Counted from the first letter of the stretch, positions 12,330 through 26,190 are shown. The stretch is 64,000 nt of DNA from Octopus vulgaris (GCA_951406725.2 OX597839.1:10354001-10418000); one strand, 5' to 3'. The notes: generated from the letters alone by a model not told the origin. Program-made: numbers and translations.

Positions 12330-12890
12330 GTCCAGGCCATGTCAGTATAGGTCCAGGCCATGTCTATCTCAATGCCATCACCTGGTGAAGTATTTTAGTC
12401 ACATATGGGGCACTATACCCTACACTAGCAAAGAGTTGTTATTGTTGGAGACATATCCGGGTGTAGAAGGTTGGCCCGGGATTTTTTGAAGATTTTGTCC
12501 AGTGAACATTTGAATTTTATGGGATCCTTTTTCCATTTTGACGTATTTTGGCATGGTATTAAAGAGAGCTGGGCCGGTTGAGGTAAAGTAATTTTGACGT
12601 AATGTTGCTATGTGTACCGAGTTCGATTTTTGTAGTGGGTGGATAGCATGGGGGCCAAGTTTTGGATGGAATTTAAAATTGATGCCAACATCATTTGTGC
12701 AATATTGATAGAATATTTTCCACATAACACAAATGATGTAGCGCTCCCGGCAGCGTTGGAGAGAGTAATCCTTCAAAAGGGTATTAAACTTCCAAGTTCG
12801 CCGGTTCAATCCAAAGCAAAGAATATATAAAAATCTATATATTTGATATTGTACAATATATAAAGTAAACAAGGAAAGGAAAAATAGAAG
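12330..12890 (-). pseudogene. Decayed 3' end of a CR1-like LINE ORF2
   Basis: YSLQRCRERYIICVMWKI ... GPALFNTMP ... IPGQP, homologous to the C-terminus of the element at 31700-32000; frameshifted. Confidence 0.7.
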
Positions 12891-13149
12891 TGTAGATGTT
12901 ACTTTATTCCAAGTTGGTATATATATCCAATAGAAACTCTACAAGTTGTTTCCAAGCCTAATTAATTCAAAACAAAACCAAATGTAATCCTTTTGAAATA
13001 AAAAATTAGGCTTTTCATCAGGAATTCATTATTGGAATGAATAGGTTCTACCAACAAAAATATATCTATATGGATGGATCATTGTATATGTATATGTGTA
13101 TATCTGTCTATTTGTCCTCATACATATCTATATCTATTAATTAGCGATG

Positions 13150-13276
<127 letters not shown>

Positions 13277-13319
13277 GTCTGTCTGTCTGTCTGTCTGTCT
13301 GTATGCATGCATTTATGTC

Positions 13320-13360
<41 letters not shown>

Positions 13361-13362
<2 letters not shown>

Positions 13363-13552
13363 CTGTGTTTGTCCTCCCACCATCGCTTAACAACCAAGGT
13401 TGATGTGTTTACGCGCCCATAACAAAGCGGTTCGGCAAAAGATACCGATAGAATAAGCACTAGACTTACAAAGAATAAGTCCAGGGGTCGATTTGTCCGA
13501 CTAAAACCTTTCAAGCCGGTGGTCCAGCATGGCCGCAGTCAAATGACTGAAA
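13361..13552 (+). mobile_element. SINE-A 3' half
   Basis: gcggttcggcaaaagataccgatagaataag ... cagcatggccgcagtcaaatgactgaaac. Confidence 0.8.
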
Positions 13553-13605
13553 CATGTTGAAGAATAAAAGACTATATATGTATATTCTTTTATTCATTGT
13601 ATATA

Positions 13606-13641
<36 letters not shown>

Positions 13642-13721
13642 TGTATGTATGTATGTATGTATGTATGTATGTATGTATGTATGTATGTATGTATGTATGT
13701 GTGTGTGTGTGTGCGTGTATA

Positions 13722-14035
13722 AACTCTATCCTTGGAATGACCAATTTTAAATTCTATTGGATTTTACTCATAAGGTATTGGAATATTATATGTATTCTGC
13801 CTAAAAAAATGGATCTACAAATGCAATATCCCTACATATCTCACATCTATTTTCTTTTATTTCCTCCACCTCACTATCTATTTTATATCTTATCTAAATT
13901 AAATATTTCTTAACCATTTTCTCACACCGTCTCCGATGAAGGGATATAATAAATATCCTGGAAACAGTTGTAAAACCTTCTATCTATAAATGTTTTAAAA
14001 CCTACACAGCTTTGGGTTGTTTTTTTTTATCTCAT
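13722..14035 (+). mobile_element. AT-rich element with minimal hammerhead (family H3, copy a)
   Basis: Homologous to 37200-37590; HHR at 13929-13976: GUCU-CCGAUGA-..GGAUAU/AUAUCC..-GAAAC-AGUU-GUA. Confidence 0.65.
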
Positions 14036-14453
14036 TATGAAATAAAATTTTTATATACACACGCTGACATATGACCAACGTTGAACCCCTTATTCGCATA
14101 ATCACCGAACCTGGAACTTAACTACAGTCCATCTATAGCACTTATTCAGCATTACTTGACACCTTTGGGTTTCAATGACACCATTACCTCTCATAACCTA
14201 TATATATATATATAGTGTAATAAATAAAATATATGCATACATACAAACATATATGTACGTACCTACATCTACATGTACATATACATGCATACATAAATAT
14301 ATACGTAAGTACAGGACACCACAACTAGACGTAGAACTCAACGAGAAACGAAAACGGAAAAACAAGCATGGAACAAACCATTTTTTTACAACAGAAAAAC
14401 AGAGTACAAGACAACTACACAGGGAAAAATCCCCTTCATCAGCTGTCTCTAGC

Positions 14454-14497
<44 letters not shown>

Positions 14498-14507
14498 TTG
14501 ATTGATT

Positions 14508-14594
<87 letters not shown>

Positions 14595-15081
14595 GGATGG
14601 ATGGATGGATGGATAGATGGATGGATGGATGGATGGATGGATGGATGGATGGATGGATGGATGCGGAAAAACAAATTAGACGTAAAATATGTTAGAGATC
14701 CCTAAGTAGGTTTGCGATATTCTTTGTTGACGTGCCCAAGAATTTCTTATCCATGCGTGTCATGTATATGTAGCGCTGGGCCGAGCTAAAGGTATATAGT
14801 TCATAGATGAAATCCAGAGATTCACCGAATAAAAGACTCTTAGAAGTGCTGAAAAGATTCAAACTAAGACTCCTTTTGCATATGCTCCTTGGGTAAATCT
14901 CTTACGAATACCTCATTCTGAGATATAGATAGTTTATAGATATAAATATGTATGTGGCTAAATATATATATGCAAACAGGCAGATATAATACATATTTAC
15001 ATATATATACATATACATTCAGCCATCCATAAATAAATATGTTTCATACACACATACGTACGTATATTTAGAAATATCTAA

Positions 15082-15764
15082 TGGCGAGCTGCAGAATTGT
15101 TAAGAAGGCGAGCTTGCAGAAACGTTAGCACGCCGGGCGAAATGCGTAGCCGTATTTCGTCTGCCGTTACGTTCTGAGTTCAAATTTCGCCGAGGTCGAC
15201 TTTGTTTTTCATCCTTTCGGGGTCGATAAATTAAGTGCTAGTAACGCACTGGGGTCGATATAATCGACTTAATCCGTCTGTCTGTCCTTGTTTGTCTCCT
15301 ATGTGTTTAGCCCCTTGTGGGTAGTAAAGAAATAGGTATTTCGTCTGCCGCTACGTTCTGAGTTCAAATTCCGCCGAGGTCGACTTTGCCTTTCGTCCTT
15401 TTGGTGGTCTATAAATTTAGTACCAGTTATGCACTGGGGTCGATGTAATCGACTTAATCCCTTTGCTTGTCCTTGTTTTTGTCCTCTCTGTATATAGCCT
15501 CTTGTGGGCAGTAAAGAAATAAGAAACCTTAAGGCGGCGAGCTGGCAGAAACGTTAGCACGCCGGCGAAATGCTTAGGGGTATTTCGTCTGCCGTTACGT
15601 TCTGAGTTCAAAATCCGCCGAGGTCGACTTTGCTTTTCATCCTTTCGGGGTCGATAAATTAAGTACCAGTTACGCACAGGGGTCGATGTAGTCGGCTTAA
15701 TCCTTTTGCCTATCGTTGTTTGTCCCCTCTATGTTTAGCCCCTTGTGGGCAATAAAGAAATAAG
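15082..15764 (+). mobile_element. Tandem SINE-B array (3 body units)
   Basis: Heads at about 15106 and 15532; headless unit joined at aaagaaatagg|tatttcgtc (about 15336). Confidence 0.88.
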
Positions 15765-15772
15765 ATAATTAA

Positions 15773-16100
15773 TGGCGCATGCGTGGCTGTATGGGGAGAA
15801 GTTTCGTAATCACATGGTTCTAGGTTCAGTCCCACTGCATGGTGTTTTAGGCAAGTGTCTTCTACTATAGCTCCGGGTCGACTAATATCTTTTGCGTGAA
15901 TTTGGTGGACGGCAGCCTAAAAAGGCCCGTGGATACATAAATGTGTGTGTGTGTATGTGTGACAACTGGTGTTGGTGTGTTTACACCCTAGAACCTAGCG
16001 GTTCAGCAAAATAGACTAATAGAATAAGTACCAATCTGGAAAAAAAAATGAAAAATAATAAATACCGGGTGGATTTGTTCGAGTAAAATACTTCATGGCC
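15773..16100 (+). mobile_element. Degenerate SINE-A
   Basis: gtggctgt head, ggttcagtcccactgc, ggcaagtgtcttctactatagc, gcggttcagcaaaa. Confidence 0.7.
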
Positions 16101-16224
16101 AGAGAAAAAATGAAAAGGTTTGATATACGGCAGTCACACCATACACAGTTATATTGCGGCTTTTTTTCAGCAAATTTTATTCAACGAAAGCAATAACAAT
16201 ATTTAACAAAACATCTTTAAATGA

Positions 16225-16460
16225 CGGACGGTCTGATCGTCTGCCAAGCAAATGGGAGACAGTAATTGAAGCAAATGGGAGACAGTAATTGAAGCAAATG
16301 GGAGACAGTAATTGAAGCAAATGGGAGACAGTAATTGAAGTAGATGGTGTATATACTCCGGAATAATAATTTAAAGATGTTTTTGTTACATGTTATTGTT
16401 TTTGCAGAATAACATTTGTTGAAAAAAAAAGAGCCGCGATATTCTAATACACACTCAGGG
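16225..16460 (+). pseudogene. Tc1/mariner transposase C-terminal remnant containing 4 x 23-bp tandem repeat
   Basis: Translates RLPSKWETVIEVDGVYTPE*, resembling the mariner KLPERWEKVIENDG.Y end; unit gcaaatgggagacagtaattgaa x4 (16248-16339). Confidence 0.55.
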
Positions 16461-16593
16461 AATTAAAAGCTAATTACCATATATTGTTATCAAGGACTAT
16501 TAATAAAAAGGACTTGACTCAATGATCTGGTCACATTAGTGCTATGAAAGAACTCAATAAAATAAGACTCAAAATAATAGTAAATAATAATAA

Positions 16594-17150
16594 ATGCCTT
16601 GATGCAGTACCAGTCAGTGGCTCTCGTGGCTTCTGATCTTAACTGATTGGAAGTGTCATCATGTACATTGTTTTGTCTTGGTATAAAAGATGGGATACAG
16701 CAAATATTCTGCTCAATACCACAGATTTGATTGTCAGTTGTTTGACCTTAACCAGTTGAGCATGTCCTTTAGTGGCTGACGACATGTGCATCTCTGATCA
16801 TGAGCAGATGTAGTGGGGGAGCATCATAGCCGTGTGTTGAGAGGGATTCTTTGGGGTTTGGATAATTCACTCTCGGAAACATGGGTGTTTCGTTCAACAT
16901 CCTTAAACAACCCTTATTCAGGGACCTTTTGAGCGGGATGGGCTACTCGACCAGAAGAAAATTCTAACTGGGCTCCACCCGCAAGGCCATGTGCTGTTTA
17001 TCTTGATATGAGATCACCATGTCGCGTATATATGGTTGTGATGCATGTGCCTAGTGTACCCTTATCAGATAGGTAGTCATGATGGGTATACTGGGCTTCG
17101 TATGATATAACCCAGTGTCACTTTGATGGCATGCACTGCTCTCTCACTCA
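16594..17150 (+). mobile_element. Family C, full-length copy
   Basis: Starts tgccttgatgcagtacc after (AAT)n, ends ctctctcactc followed by (AAT)n. Confidence 0.88.
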
Positions 17151-17162
17151 ATAATAATAATG

Positions 17163-17196
<34 letters not shown>

Positions 17197-17453
17197 TGAT
17201 GATGATGATGATGATGATAATAATGGTCACAGCCGTCGATTTCGACATATAAGAGTTTGAGGGAGATGATTAAAAAATGCTTAAAAATAAAGCAGCTGAA
17301 TCTATTTGCGATGGATGCGGTGAGTCTAATTCGAGCCCAAGTATGGATTTTGCAATGAAGTCACAAAGAGGACACAGATGATGTAAATTTTTGCCTGGGA
17401 TTGGACGAATGTGTCTGTTGATTACAGGATATAATAATAATAATAATAGTAAC

Positions 17454-17518
<65 letters not shown>

Positions 17519-17582
17519 TAATAATAATAATAATAATGATGATAATGATGATGATAATAATAATGAAAATAATAATAATAAT

Positions 17583-17639
<57 letters not shown>

Positions 17640-17755
17640 TAATTCGTTTATTGGCCACAAGGGCTAACAAAAATCAAATAAAACATGGAAGGACAAATAC
17701 AGAACGAAAGTTACAAAAAGGGTTTTGTCCGTTTGAAAAGTCCGTGTAAATAGTT

Positions 17756-17800
<45 letters not shown>

Positions 17801-17804
17801 ATTT

Positions 17805-17938
17805 TATTTCTTTATTGCCCACAGGGGGCTAAACACAGAGGGGACAAACAAGGACAGAAAACCGAATTAAGTCGATTATATCAACCCCAGTGCGTAACTG
17901 GTACTTAATTTATCGACCCCGAAAGGATGAAAGGCAAA
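17805..17938 (-). mobile_element. SINE-B 3' fragment
   Basis: Reverse complement of the body and tail. Confidence 0.8.
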
Positions 17939-17944
17939 TTATTA

Positions 17945-18003
<59 letters not shown>

Positions 18004-18355
18004 TAATAATAATAATAATAATAATGATAATAATAATAATAATAATAATGATAATAATAATAATGATAATAATAATAATGATAATAATAATAATAATAAT
18101 AATGATAATAATAATAATGATAATAATAATAATGATAATAATAATAATAATTATGATTATAATAATAATGATTTCTTTATTAACCACTGAGTTTTCACAT
18201 AAAAGTTTGGGGATAGTACAGGACAATACAGAACGTGAGGGATTGGAATGTGTACATGAAGAATAACAATTACAACAAAATTCCTAAAAGAAGGAAACTT
18301 CCAATAATAATAATAATAAACCAGAGGAGAGGAAAATAGCGATATGGTGACTTAC

Positions 18356-18434
18356 GTAGAGCTTTTCTGGCAGAGCATAATGAAGCAGAACGTGTGACGG
18401 TGGCAACTAAGGTGGACTGAATTCAACATGAAGT
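18356..18434 (-). other. Putative 79-nt 5'-UTR exon
   Basis: Minus strand: long polypyrimidine tract ...ccttcctctccattctctgttcTAG| exon |GTAAGT; non-repetitive sequence. Confidence 0.55.
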
Positions 18435-18652
18435 CTAGAACAGAGAATGGAGAGGAAGGAGGGAGGGAGAGATGGAGGAGGTTAGTGGTGTTGGTGGTTG
18501 TGGAAGGGGCAACACGGATATATTTCAACTGGTGACAGAGTGGGCCTGGGCGGAGAGGTGGGAGACATTGATATTTGTGAGTGGGATGACAAAAGGGGGG
18601 AAAGTGTTAGTGGGCGTTCTGCCTCATTTTTTTTTTATAAATGTGACTGTGC

Positions 18653-18685
<33 letters not shown>

Positions 18686-18822
18686 TTGTGTGTATATGTG
18701 TTGTGAAGGCTAGGCCTTCTCTACTGCAGTTAGGGGGATATCTAAGAAATGTGTATGCAAGTATGCGTGTGTATACATATGGATGTGTATATGTATGTCT
18801 CTATGTGTGTGTAAGCGTAAAT

Positions 18823-18854
<32 letters not shown>

Positions 18855-19246
18855 AAATTATGCATGCAGATTACGTTTATATATTAAACATATAAATTAT
18901 ATAAATTGTATGTGTGTGTGTGTATTTATATATGCGTATAAATTTTATTTATAAATCATATATGTAAATTATATGTATGTGTATATATTTATAGATGTTT
19001 ATATGTAAACACGCGCGCGCGCGCACTCACATGTATACTCAGAAGTCAAACACGTGTAGTAATAAACAAACGGGCGGAAAAACATAGTAAATAACCTGAA
19101 TGCACAGACGAACGGAGAACAAATACAGAAGGTCACCAATTCCTCAACAGTTATCGGCCAAGGTGTCGTGCGTAATTTCGTTCTATTATCGATAATATTG
19201 CATTCTCCCAGGAGGCAACCAGCAAGAGGACTTGCTGGAAATGTGA

Positions 19247-19295
<49 letters not shown>

Positions 19296-19301
19296 CATAC
19301 G

Positions 19302-19334
<33 letters not shown>

Positions 19335-19381
19335 CCGTTTTCTCGTTTTTTGTCTGTTGTCGTACACATTCTCTCTTTTAC

Positions 19382-19762
19382 TCTTTTACTTGATTCAGTC
19401 ATTTGACTGCGGCCATGCTGGAGCACCGCCTTTAATCGAACAACTCGACCCCGGGACTTATTCTTTGTAAGCCCAGTACTTATTCTATCGGTCTCTTTTT
19501 GCCGAACCGCTAAGTGACGGAGACATAAACACACCAGCATCGGTTGTCAAGCAATGCTAGGGAGACAAACACAACACACAAACACACACACACACATATA
19601 TATATATACATATATCCGACAGGCTTCTTTCAGTTTCCGTCTACCAAATCCACTCACAAGGCATTGGTCGGCCCGAGGCTATAGCAGAAGACACCAGTGG
19701 GACTGAACCCGGAACCATGTGGTTGATAAGCAAGCTACTTACCACACAGCCACTCCTGCGCC
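19382..19762 (-). mobile_element. SINE-A
   Basis: Near full-length copy with an internal deletion. Confidence 0.85.
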
Positions 19763-19991
19763 TTTCGTTTGTTTTCTTGTTTTCTTCCAAACATTTAATG
19801 CTCTTAGCTTAGATTTTTGGGGCCTACCAATTTTGAACAGTCTCAAGTGTAACAGACCGAAACTGTAATGATACATGAAAGCTTGGCTGATGAATAGCGG
19901 GACGAATGATCCGTCCTGGTTTTTCCTGTCCGTCTTTGTATCGTCTATCTGTCCATATTTTTTTTACTGTAGTCTGTTACGTTCTTATTCC

Positions 19992-20048
<57 letters not shown>

Positions 20049-20166
20049 CTATAATGGTAAAAGCTGCTTATTAATTACGTATGAAACAATTACTAAAATT
20101 GCTCAAAGAAACCAATATCAAAAGCTTGACTGTTTGGAAATATTTTTATAAATTCATGTTCTAAGA

Positions 20167-21358
20167 AATTGCCTATAATTTAGAAGCTACTAATGGACCT
20201 TGCAATGGCACACACTACATCATTGTCAGTTTACCTGATCATGTTATTAAGGCTGAGGTTGCTTCTGGGCCTTATGCACGAATTCTGCTAATCAAAAGAA
20301 TGCCACATGTATCTCAAGAAATGGAATTTACATTTATATTTACACGTAATTGCCTGTCAAGCCAGCTTTTGCCTTGATGTGCAACAAGGCACAGGGACAG
20401 ACTTTTGAACAAATTGGAATATATCTTCCGACACAGTTCTTCTTGCATGGTCAGCTGCATGTTACCTTATCTAGAGTTCGAAAGAAGGCTAATGTAAAAA
20501 TATTGGCTGAGAGAAATGGAAACAGTATGATTACTGACAATAAGGCGGCGAGCTGGAGGAAACGTTAGTACGCCGGGTGAAATGCGTAGCCGTATTGCGT
20601 CTGCCGTTACGTTCTGAGTTCAAATTCCGCCGAGGTGGACTTTGCCTTTCATCCTTTCGGAGTCGATTAAATAAGTACCAGTTACGCACTGGGGTCGATA
20701 TAATCGACTTAATCCGTTTGTCTGTCCTTGTCTGTTCCCTCTGTGTTTAGCCCCTTGTGGGTAGTAAAGAAATAAGTATGATTACTGACAATTGTGTCTA
20801 CAAGGAGATACTACTTTTTAGCAAGTTTCAGTAAATAGAATTAACACACAAATTATGTGTAAAGTAACATTTTTGTGTGGAATTGAATTGTTTTGGCATA
20901 TTTCAACACATGCTGGATAAATGATATCATGATATAAGATCATTTTAAATTTGGGTATATTTGAAAAAGTAAGAAAACGTCATTCCCATGTATTCTCACA
21001 GCACCAGGATTTGTGTGTGTGTGTGTGTGTGTGTGTGTCCCCCGTTCGTCCGTCCATCCATCCATTCCTCCATCCATCTATCCATCCATCCATCCATCCA
21101 TCCATTCAGCTATCTAAGCACACCTTTGTAATTTCTACCAATTATTAATGATAACTATATATAACAGATTGATTCTTAAAAGAAAGAGAGCTTATGACTG
21201 ATAAAATAATGAAAGCAATATTTACTAAGCAAGTGAGCACTGATAAACAAAGAAATAATTAGACGTAAAATATGAAAATTATTAGAATTGGGAATCAAAT
21301 ATGAAAATATTATCGAGCGGCTAGTAGAAAACCGCCCGGAGGGCGGTCTTTCAGCTAG
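20167..21358 (+). mobile_element. Helitron remnant: PIF1-like helicase C-terminus and 3' terminus
   Basis: LPVKPAFALMCNKAQGQTFEQIGIYL..HGQLHVTLSRV..NCVYKEIL with stops/frameshifts; 3' hairpin accgccc-gga-gggcggt (21331-21347) then CTAG (21355-21358) followed by T. Confidence 0.8.
20542..20774 (+). mobile_element. Full SINE-B inserted in the Helitron helicase remnant
   Basis: 18-bp TSD agtatgattactgacaat at 20524-20541 and 20775-20792. Confidence 0.92.
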
Positions 21359-21593
21359 TGTATATAATCTTTATACATAAAATTGACGTATCTTTTATCT
21401 TTGACTTATCGCGCGCGCGCGCACACACACACACTCACTCACTCACACACTTGTACGAACGCATACACGCACACATATATACATCCACTCACAACGCTTT
21501 CGGAGACCCGAGGCAATAGTAGAAGACTTGCCCAAGTTAGCACTCAGTGGTTTTGAACCCGGAACCATGTAGTTGGGAAGCAAGCTTCGGTCA

Positions 21594-21753
<160 letters not shown>

Positions 21754-21854
21754 TTCAAATTACATATAAATTATATATAAACATATAGCTATATAAAAGC
21801 TTACATCCGTGCATACCAAGCATACTAGCGCACACACACACAGACACACACACG

Positions 21855-21922
<68 letters not shown>

Positions 21923-21975
21923 CAAAGAGAGAGAGAGTGGGGAATAGAACAAGGTAGATAGATATACATATATGC

Positions 21976-22009
<34 letters not shown>

Positions 22010-22019
22010 TTGTGCGTGA

Positions 22020-22053
<34 letters not shown>

Positions 22054-22172
22054 GGCACACGCGCACAAATATGCTTATACATATACATACCGCCCACCCC
22101 CAATATATGAGACTGGAGAAAGGAATGTTATTGTTAATGTCACAGCCACTAATTTGCTATCGAAAATTATTA

Positions 22173-22250
<78 letters not shown>

Positions 22251-22599
22251 GTTTGACTTTTGCATATTATTATTATTAATTATTATTATTTTGATTGATG
22301 GATTGTAACATCAATAAAAATGATTTCTAACATTAGATCAAGGCCAGCCATTTTGGGAGCGGGGTTTAACGGATGATACGATGATTCTTGTATTTTAAGT
22401 AACCCCTGGGTGGGTGGGGCATGAAAATCTGGATGTGATTTGAACTTAGAACGTAAAGAACCGTAAGTAAATAAACCTTCAAACATTTCGTTTCGTCCCT
22501 CATGAAAAGTTTTCCACATATCGATGTCTTACGGTTGTCATAAAAAAAACCATGGTTGTCATCGCTGTCGCAGCCGCAGCCGCCGCCGCCACCACCACC

Positions 22600-22647
<48 letters not shown>

Positions 22648-22659
22648 AACAACAACACG

Positions 22660-23320
22660 TAGTTTGTCCGTCGATGCGACGAAGACGGTGTAGTCATCCT
22701 GGGGTGAGGGTGGGCTTGTTTTGTGAGTCCGCAGATGGCTATTGAGGCCAATCTGCGCCCGAAAGAGTCTTTGACGGTGTGGACAGGGAATGGTAGCGCC
22801 TGCTACAGGGTTGTTAGCTCTGTTCTTCCAAGCTTCTCTGCGGTCTTCTGCAGCAGCGATCCTATTGGTCTCGCATGTGTTGGCACCCTTGTGGACAGCT
22901 AATCGCCACCCTTCTGTGTCTAGAGCAGACTGCTCTCAAGTGTCATGGTCGATGTTGAAGGCTTTCAGTAAAGCTTTCAAGGTGTTCTTAAAGCGCTTCT
23001 TCTGGCCGCCTTGTCTGCAAAGCCCCATTGTGCTACAAGGCAAGGATATTGAGGAAGCCTAGGCTGCACTCCGGGTGACATTGTACGACACAGCCATGGA
23101 ATGGCTTGGGCACAAGGACTGGTTTGATGAGAACTGCGCGGAGATCAAGCAGCTACTAGAGGAAAAGCATCGTGTTTACAAGGCTCACCTCTCTGACCCC
23201 AAGTCAGTTTCAAAGAAGGACAGACTGCGGATTGTACGGGGCAAAATCCAAACGAAGTTACGCCATATACAGGATTCTTGGCTTAGCAACAAAGCAGACG
23301 TGATCCAGGGCTTTGCAGAC
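22660..23320. mobile_element. RTE (BovB-like) LINE fragment with internal inversion
   Basis: 22660-23015 (-) encodes GGQKKRFKNTLK..CPHRQRLFRAQIGLNSHLRTH (RTE C-terminus); 23030-23320 (+) encodes HKDWFDENCAEIKQLLEEK (EN-RT linker). Confidence 0.75.
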
Positions 23321-23370
23321 AACAACAACAGCAACAACTAGGGCCGCGCAAGAAGCTCCATCTTCCATAT

Positions 23371-23772
23371 GCCTATTTCTTTACTACCCACAAGGGGCTA
23401 AACACAGAGTGGACAAACAAGGACAGACAAACGGATTAAGTCGATTATATCGACCCCAGTGCGTAACTGGTACTTATTTAATCGACCCCGAAAGGATGAA
23501 AGGCAAAGTCGACCTCGGCGGAATTTGAACTCAGAACGTAGCGGCAGACGAAATACCTATTTCTTTATTACCCACAAGGGGCTAAACACAGGGGACAAAC
23601 AAGGACAGACATAGGTATTAAGTCGATTACATCGACCCCAGTGCGTAACTGGTACTTAATTTATCGACCCCGAAAGGATGAAAGGCAAAGTCGACCTCGG
23701 CGGAATTTGAACTCAGAACGTAGCGGCAGACGAAATACCGTTAAGCATTATCACGTTTCTGCCAGCTCGCCA
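23371..23772 (-). mobile_element. SINE-B dimer
   Basis: One head plus two body units; direct repeat ccatcttccatat (23358-23370 / 23770-23782) flanks the whole dimer. Confidence 0.88.
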
Positions 23773-24402
23773 TCTTCCATATATCATCAGCTGAACGAAA
23801 GACCACTGGTGACTTCTTTGATAAAAGCTTTAAGCTTGTGGGGGTACTTTCCTGCCATGCAGAGTCGCACGAAGCACCGCGGAATAAAATATATATGCAT
23901 GAGCAATAAACATTCAACAAGTTCGCGAACATCCGGACATGCCTGTATCGGAACCTTATGCTATCAACTCCGGAAAGATTAAATACAATGATGGTATGTG
24001 TCCCCCCAAAAAATACAAAGACCAGAACAAACATTGCAATTATATTGGAAGAATGAAAGGTAAAGTTAATCCAATTAGGATTTAAATTTGGAACACTAGG
24101 GCGAAAAAACGCAGTGCATCTTGTCCAGTGCTCTTACAATTCTGTCAATCTACTGATTTCTTACTTGCAGATACCAGGACAGCGACACTACATACAAAAC
24201 AGAAGTGTCCACTCCAAGACGTGGTCCGTGATTCATAGTAATGCGCAGGGTCAAAACTGGTATTTATGATTTTTCTGTGACAGAATCAAGGTCGCAAATT
24301 TTTAGGAGTGGAGTACATTCAATTACATAAAATCCAATACGTAGTTGCTACTGTACTTTGCTGGCCCATTAAAAAGACAAGAAATTCAATGGTCACCCTG
24401 GC

Positions 24403-24615
24403 GACTCGACCATAAGAAAATTCTAACTGAGCCCCACCTACAAGGACATGCGCTGTTTATCTTGATGTGAGATCACCATGTCGTGCACATATGGTTGTGA
24501 TGCATATACCTGGTGTACCCTTATCAGACAGGTAGCCATGATGGGTATACTGGGCTTCGTATGATGTAACCCGGTGTCACTTGGATGGCATGCACTCAGA
24601 AGTAACAACAACAAC

Positions 24616-24686
<71 letters not shown>

Positions 24687-25254
24687 CAATAATAATAATG
24701 CCCTGATGCAGTACCAGACAGTGGCTCTCATGGCTCCTTATCTTAACTGATTGGAGGTGTTATGTACATTGTATTGTCTTGGTACAAAAGAAGGGCTACA
24801 GCAAATATTCTGCTCAATACCACAGATTTGCTTGTCAGTTGTTTGACCGTAACCAGTTGAGCATGTCCCTTAGTGGCTGACGATACGTGCATCTCTGATC
24901 ACGAGCAGAAGTAGTGGGGGAGCATCATGGCCATGTGTTGAGAGTGATTCTTTGAGGTTTGGATAATTCACCTTTGGAAACATGGGTGTTTCGTTCAACA
25001 TCCTTAAACAACCCTTATTCAGGGACCTTTTGAGCGAGATGGGCTACTCGACCAGAAAAAAAAATTCTAACTGGGCCTCCACCTGCAAGGTCATGCGCTG
25101 TTTATCTTGATATGAGATCACCATGACGCGCACATATGGTTGTGATGCATGTGCCTTGTGTACCCTTATCAAACGGGTAGTTATGATGGGTATACTGGGC
25201 TTCGTATGATGTAACCCAGTGTCACTCTGATGGCATGCACTGCTCTCTCGCTCA
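24403..25254 (+). mobile_element. Family C: 3' fragment (24403-24597) plus full copy (24697-25254)
   Basis: High identity with 16594-17150; separated by (AAT)n. Confidence 0.88.
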
Positions 25255-25274
25255 ATAATAATAATAATAATGAT

Positions 25275-25650
25275 TTCATTTATTTGCCAACAGAGTAAAG
25301 AATGATGGGGACAATACAAAGAGAGACATAAAGTACGAGGGTTTACATGTAATGAAATGCGGGAAACAAATATAGTTATGCGCGGTATACAACGAAAAGG
25401 AAGCGACGTATACATGCTATACAATGGTTAAAAGGGGATGATAGAGATGTAGGCTTCCTCATACAGGATCACCTCTTGGGATAATCGAGGAACCCTAGTA
25501 TCCGGGATTTCACTGTACACTGTACACCAAGGGGACGTGCCCCCTCCGGTTTCTTCTCTCCGACTCTCAGGTCTACACTGATAGAGGTACCATCCTCTCT
25601 TGCCATTTTCGCAACATTCACCCCACCTTTCAATAAATTCATTTGAAATA
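25275..25650 (-). pseudogene. Second Tx1/L1-like 3' fragment
   Basis: FIERW/VNVAKMAREDGTSISV parallels FKKRWVNVARMARMNDEATLSI of the 11544 ORF; tail ttggcaaataaatgaaa. Confidence 0.65.
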
Positions 25651-25680
25651 ACAACAACAATAGCAACAGTTAGTATTATA

Positions 25681-26066
25681 GGCGTAGGAGTGGCTGTGTG
25701 GTAAGTAGCTTGCTTACCAGCCACATGGTTCCGGGTTCAGACCCACTGCGTGACACCTTGGGCAAGTGTCTTCTACTATAGCCTCGGGCCGACCAAAGCC
25801 TTGTGAGTAGATTTGGTAGACGGAAACTGAAAGAAGCCCGTCGTATATATGTATATATATATATATGTGATATATATATATGTATGTGTGTCTGTGTTTG
25901 TCCTCCCCTAACATCGCTTGACAACCGATGCTGATGTGTTTACGTCCCCGTAACTTAGCGGTTCGGCAAAACTGACCGATAGAATAAGTACTAGGCTTCC
26001 AAAAGGCTCGACAAAAGGCGGTGCTCCAGCATGACCACAGTCAAATGACTGAAACAAGTAAAAGAG
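25681..26066 (+). mobile_element. SINE-A, near full-length
   Basis: ggcgtaggagtggctgtgtggtaag..ccgggttcag..accttgggcaagtgtc..(TA/TG)..ggcggtgctccagcatg..cagtcaaatgactgaaacaag. Confidence 0.88.
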
Positions 26067-26146
26067 TGAAAGAGATTATTTTAATGTTATTAGCCATAAA
26101 TAATACCGCTGCAGCACCTCCTACTGCTCCTATTACCACCACCACC

Positions 26147-26190
<44 letters not shown>

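Noticed and set aside
16248-16339. Four 23-bp direct repeats, superficially CRISPR-like
   Set aside because: No spacers; a tandem duplication inside a mariner remnant in eukaryotic DNA.
18630-18641. Minus-strand TATAAAA as the foxl2 promoter
   Set aside because: The adjacent exon candidate has a strong acceptor, so it looks internal; TATA-like strings are frequent here.
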